DNA from: Gammaproteobacteria bacterium
GTDB lineage: Bacteria > Pseudomonadota > Gammaproteobacteria > RBG-16-57-12
Length of the DNA stretch: 64,000 nt
NCBI GenBank assembly: GCA_022712945.1
Contig: JAFLJP010000104.1
Coordinates: 144-64,143, forward strand
Reading direction: 5' to 3'
The notes below the pieces were generated by a model. The model was not told where the DNA came from. It saw only the letters and a program-made list of their open reading frames with translations, and searched no databases. Positions 61,920-64,000 of the stretch are shown here, piece by piece. Within the stretch, counting starts at the first letter, position 1, and each line of letters starts with the position of its first letter. A program made the translations under genes and the position numbers.

Positions 61920-62792
61920 CTAAGCTCCTTTGGCTTGGGCCATTACTTCTGCTGCAAAATCCATCTCTTCTTTTTCGATCCCCTCACCCACTTCAAAGCG
62001 AGTGAAACTGCTCACGGTTGCACCAGCCTCTTTTAACAACTGGGCAACAGTTTGATCAGGGTTCTTAACAAAAGGCTGTCCCACCAGAGTAATCTCTTTT
62101 AGGAACTTATTGATACGACCACCAATCATTTTCTCGATAATTTCAGCCGGCTTGCCCGACTCTTGTGCTTGCGCCGTGAATATCGCCTTCTCTTTTTCGA
62201 TCACAGAGGCATCAACACCGCTTTCGTCGATACAGACCGGTTTGCTAGCCGCAATGTGCATGGCAATATCACGCGCCAGTTCTGTGCTACCGCCCGACAG
62301 GCCAACCAAGACCGCAATACGGGTGCCGTGCTGGTATGCACCAACAACAGGGGCTGATACTTTTGCAACACGGCGCACTGAAATATTTTCACCAATGGTG
62401 GCAATCAATGCCCGGCGAACATTATCAACGGTGCTATCGCCCATGGTTGCCGCTAACAGCGCTTCGGCATCCGCAAAATCACGATTCAACGTCAACTCTG
62501 CAACGTCGCGGGTAAAGGCCAGAAAATCTTCATTTTTAGCGACAAAATCGGTTTCAGAGTTCACTTCAACCATAGCCACAACACTGTTATCTGCATTGGT
62601 CTGAACACCAATCAGACCTTCTGCCGCCACACGACCGGCCTTTTTATCTGCCTTGGCCATGCCGCTTTTGCGCATGTTTTCAATTGCTTGTTCAATATCA
62701 CCACTGGTTTCAACCAAGGCTTTTTTACACTCCATCATGCCTGAGCCCGTGCGCTCACGCAGTTCCTTAACCATTACAGCAGTAATGCTCAT
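61920..62792 (-). CDS. tsf: Elongation factor Ts
   Basis: [33 protein letters not shown]. Confidence 0.98.
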   Translation of the reverse strand: MSITAVMVKELRERTGSGMMECKKALVETSGDIEQAIENMRKSGMAKADKKAGRVAAEGLIGVQTNADNSVVAMVEVNSETDFVAKNEDFLAFTRDVAELTLNRDFADAEALLAATMGDSTVDNVRRALIATIGENISVRRVAKVSAPVVGAYQHGTRIAVLVGLSGGSTELARDIAMHIAASKPVCIDESGVDASVIEKEKAIFTAQAQESGKPAEIIEKMIGGRINKFLKEITLVGQPFVKNPDQTVAQLLKEAGATVSSFTRFEVGEGIEKEEMDFAAEVMAQAKGA

Positions 62793-62851
62793 TTGAAAAC
62801 CCTCTATAATCGATTACTCTCATCTGCTATTGCAGATGTAGAAAAAACTTT

Positions 62852-62876
62852 AAAAAAAGGGGGCTATGCCCCCTTT
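62852..62876 (-). terminator. rpsB-tsf intergenic terminator/attenuator
   Basis: AAAGGGGGC-ATA-GCCCCCTTTTTTT on the minus strand. Confidence 0.7.
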
Positions 62877-62901
62877 CTGTCAGTGGATAATTACCACTTG
62901 T

Positions 62902-63756
62902 TTAGGCTGACTTGGCGTCTTCTACCTTCTCAGACTTCTCGACCTTCTCAGCCTGCTCGACCTGTTCAGCCTGTTCAGCCTGCTCGACCTGTTCAGCCTT
63001 TTCGACCTTTTCGACCTTTTCGACCTTTTCGACTTCTTCGGTCACTTCCACAAAATCACCGGCAGCAACAGTCGAGGCGGTACGTGCGTTAGAGACCGCA
63101 TCGGCAACACCATCCACATATAGTTTGATCGCACGCATGGCGTCATCATTACCAGGAATGATGTAATCGATTCCTCTGGGGTCGGTATTGGTATCAACCA
63201 CACTGATCACCGGAATACCCAGTTTCATCGCTTCACAAATCGCAATTTTCTCATGGCCGGCATCAATAACGAAGATAGCCGCAGGCAAACCGCCCATATC
63301 CTTGATACCACCCAGACTACGATCCAGCTTTTCAAGCTCGCGAGTCCGCATCAGCGCCTCTTTTTTGGTCAGGCGCTCGAAAGTACCGTCCTGGCGCTGT
63401 CCTTCCAGATCTTTCAAACGTTTGATTGATTGTTTGACTGTCTGGAAGTTAGTCAACATGCCACCCAACCAACGCTGGTTAACATAGGGCATGCCGCAAG
63501 CGTCTGCCTTCTCTTTAATAACATCACGTGCTGCACGCTTGGTGCCCACCAACAGAACCTTACCGCCTTTCGCTGCAACGCTACCGATGTAGTTCATCGC
63601 ATCGTTATACAGTGGCAGGGTTTTTTCCAGGTTGATGATATGAATTTTGTTACGTGCGCCGAAGATGAACTCATCCATCTTTGGGTTCCAATAACGGGTC
63701 TGGTGACCAAAGTGTACACCGGCCTCCAACATTTGACGCATTGTGGTATTGCTCAC
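62902..63756 (-). CDS. rpsB: 30S ribosomal protein S2
   Basis: [32 protein letters not shown]. Confidence 0.99.
   Translation of the reverse strand: MSNTTMRQMLEAGVHFGHQTRYWNPKMDEFIFGARNKIHIINLEKTLPLYNDAMNYIGSVAAKGGKVLLVGTKRAARDVIKEKADACGMPYVNQRWLGGMLTNFQTVKQSIKRLKDLEGQRQDGTFERLTKKEALMRTRELEKLDRSLGGIKDMGGLPAAIFVIDAGHEKIAICEAMKLGIPVISVVDTNTDPRGIDYIIPGNDDAMRAIKLYVDGVADAVSNARTASTVAAGDFVEVTEEVEKVEKVEKVEKAEQVEQAEQAEQVEQAEKVEKSEKVEDAKSA
62917..63033 (-). repeat. 9-bp tandem repeat in the rpsB 3' end (13 units of x-E-K/Q)
   Basis: [39 protein letters not shown]. Confidence 0.85.
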
Positions 63757-63774
63757 GAAAATCTCCTTAAATAG

Positions 63775-63853
63775 TGGGTTGGACCTCCATAAACCCCATC
63801 TTCAAACCTTGGCATGACCAGGCACCCAGGAAGATGTGACGGTTTATGTGAGT
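63775..63853 (-). ncRNA. rpsB leader (t44/S2 autoregulatory RNA)
   Basis: CACATAAACC..CACATCTTCCTGGGTGCC..GGTTTGAAGATGGGGTTTATGGAGGTCCAACCC has the t44 stem layout upstream of rpsB. Confidence 0.82.
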
Positions 63854-63915
63854 ATTTTTAAAAATTCCAGTGAAATTTAAAGTAAAATTCGACTGGAAAA
63901 CAGGTTGCGCTATTT

Positions 63916-63933
63916 GCGGCGCCATTTATACCA
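63916..63933 (-). promoter_or_regulatory. rpsB extended -10 promoter with GC-rich discriminator
   Basis: TGGTATAAA-TGGCGCCGC, like the conserved gammaproteobacterial rpsB promoter. Confidence 0.7.
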
Positions 63934-64000
63934 TAAACGTCGGCTAACAACAACGAGTGAGCGCAGTTCCTTATTTTAAGGAACAGTGCTGTACACGTTG

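Noticed and set aside
62917-63033. CRISPR array
   Set aside because: These are in-frame 9-bp coding repeats without spacers; no cas genes or spaced repeats occur in the window.

Overview
Chromosomal window of a Gammaproteobacterium; the lineage cannot be fixed from sequence alone. Both ends are conserved housekeeping blocks on the minus strand: rpsB-tsf-pyrH-frr-uppS-cdsA-dxr-rseP-bamA-skp-lpxD-fabZ-lpxA-lpxB-rnhB on the right and dnaE-accA-tilS on the left. The ~42 kb between them holds ada/alkA-ogt, an ODP plus chemoreceptor-like pair, comEC-exbBD-msbA-lpxK-ycaR-kdsB, a ColRS-like two-component system next to a five-gene 'thermostable hemolysin' operon, rdgC, a MoxR/Bat operon, ppnN and yaaA. 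The strongest novelty candidate is an eight-gene, visibly AT-richer operon (38172-46935): LuxE-like acyl-protein synthetase, IscU/NifU-like protein, cysteine desulfurase, fatty acyl-AMP ligase, ACP, flavin monooxygenase, MMPL exporter and FabZ-like dehydratase. It looks like a pathway for a sulfur-containing lipid or metabolite that I do not recognise. Also notable: a Tlde1/DUF2778-like toxin plus lipoprotein pair inserted between lpxA and lpxB; four 11-bp-phased response-regulator boxes in front of the hemolysin operon; and about 14 MITE-like elements or remnants from 7 terminal-repeat families, several sharing one internal fold-back module. No transposase, tRNA, rRNA or CRISPR array was seen. 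All calls come from motif recognition by eye, not database searches.
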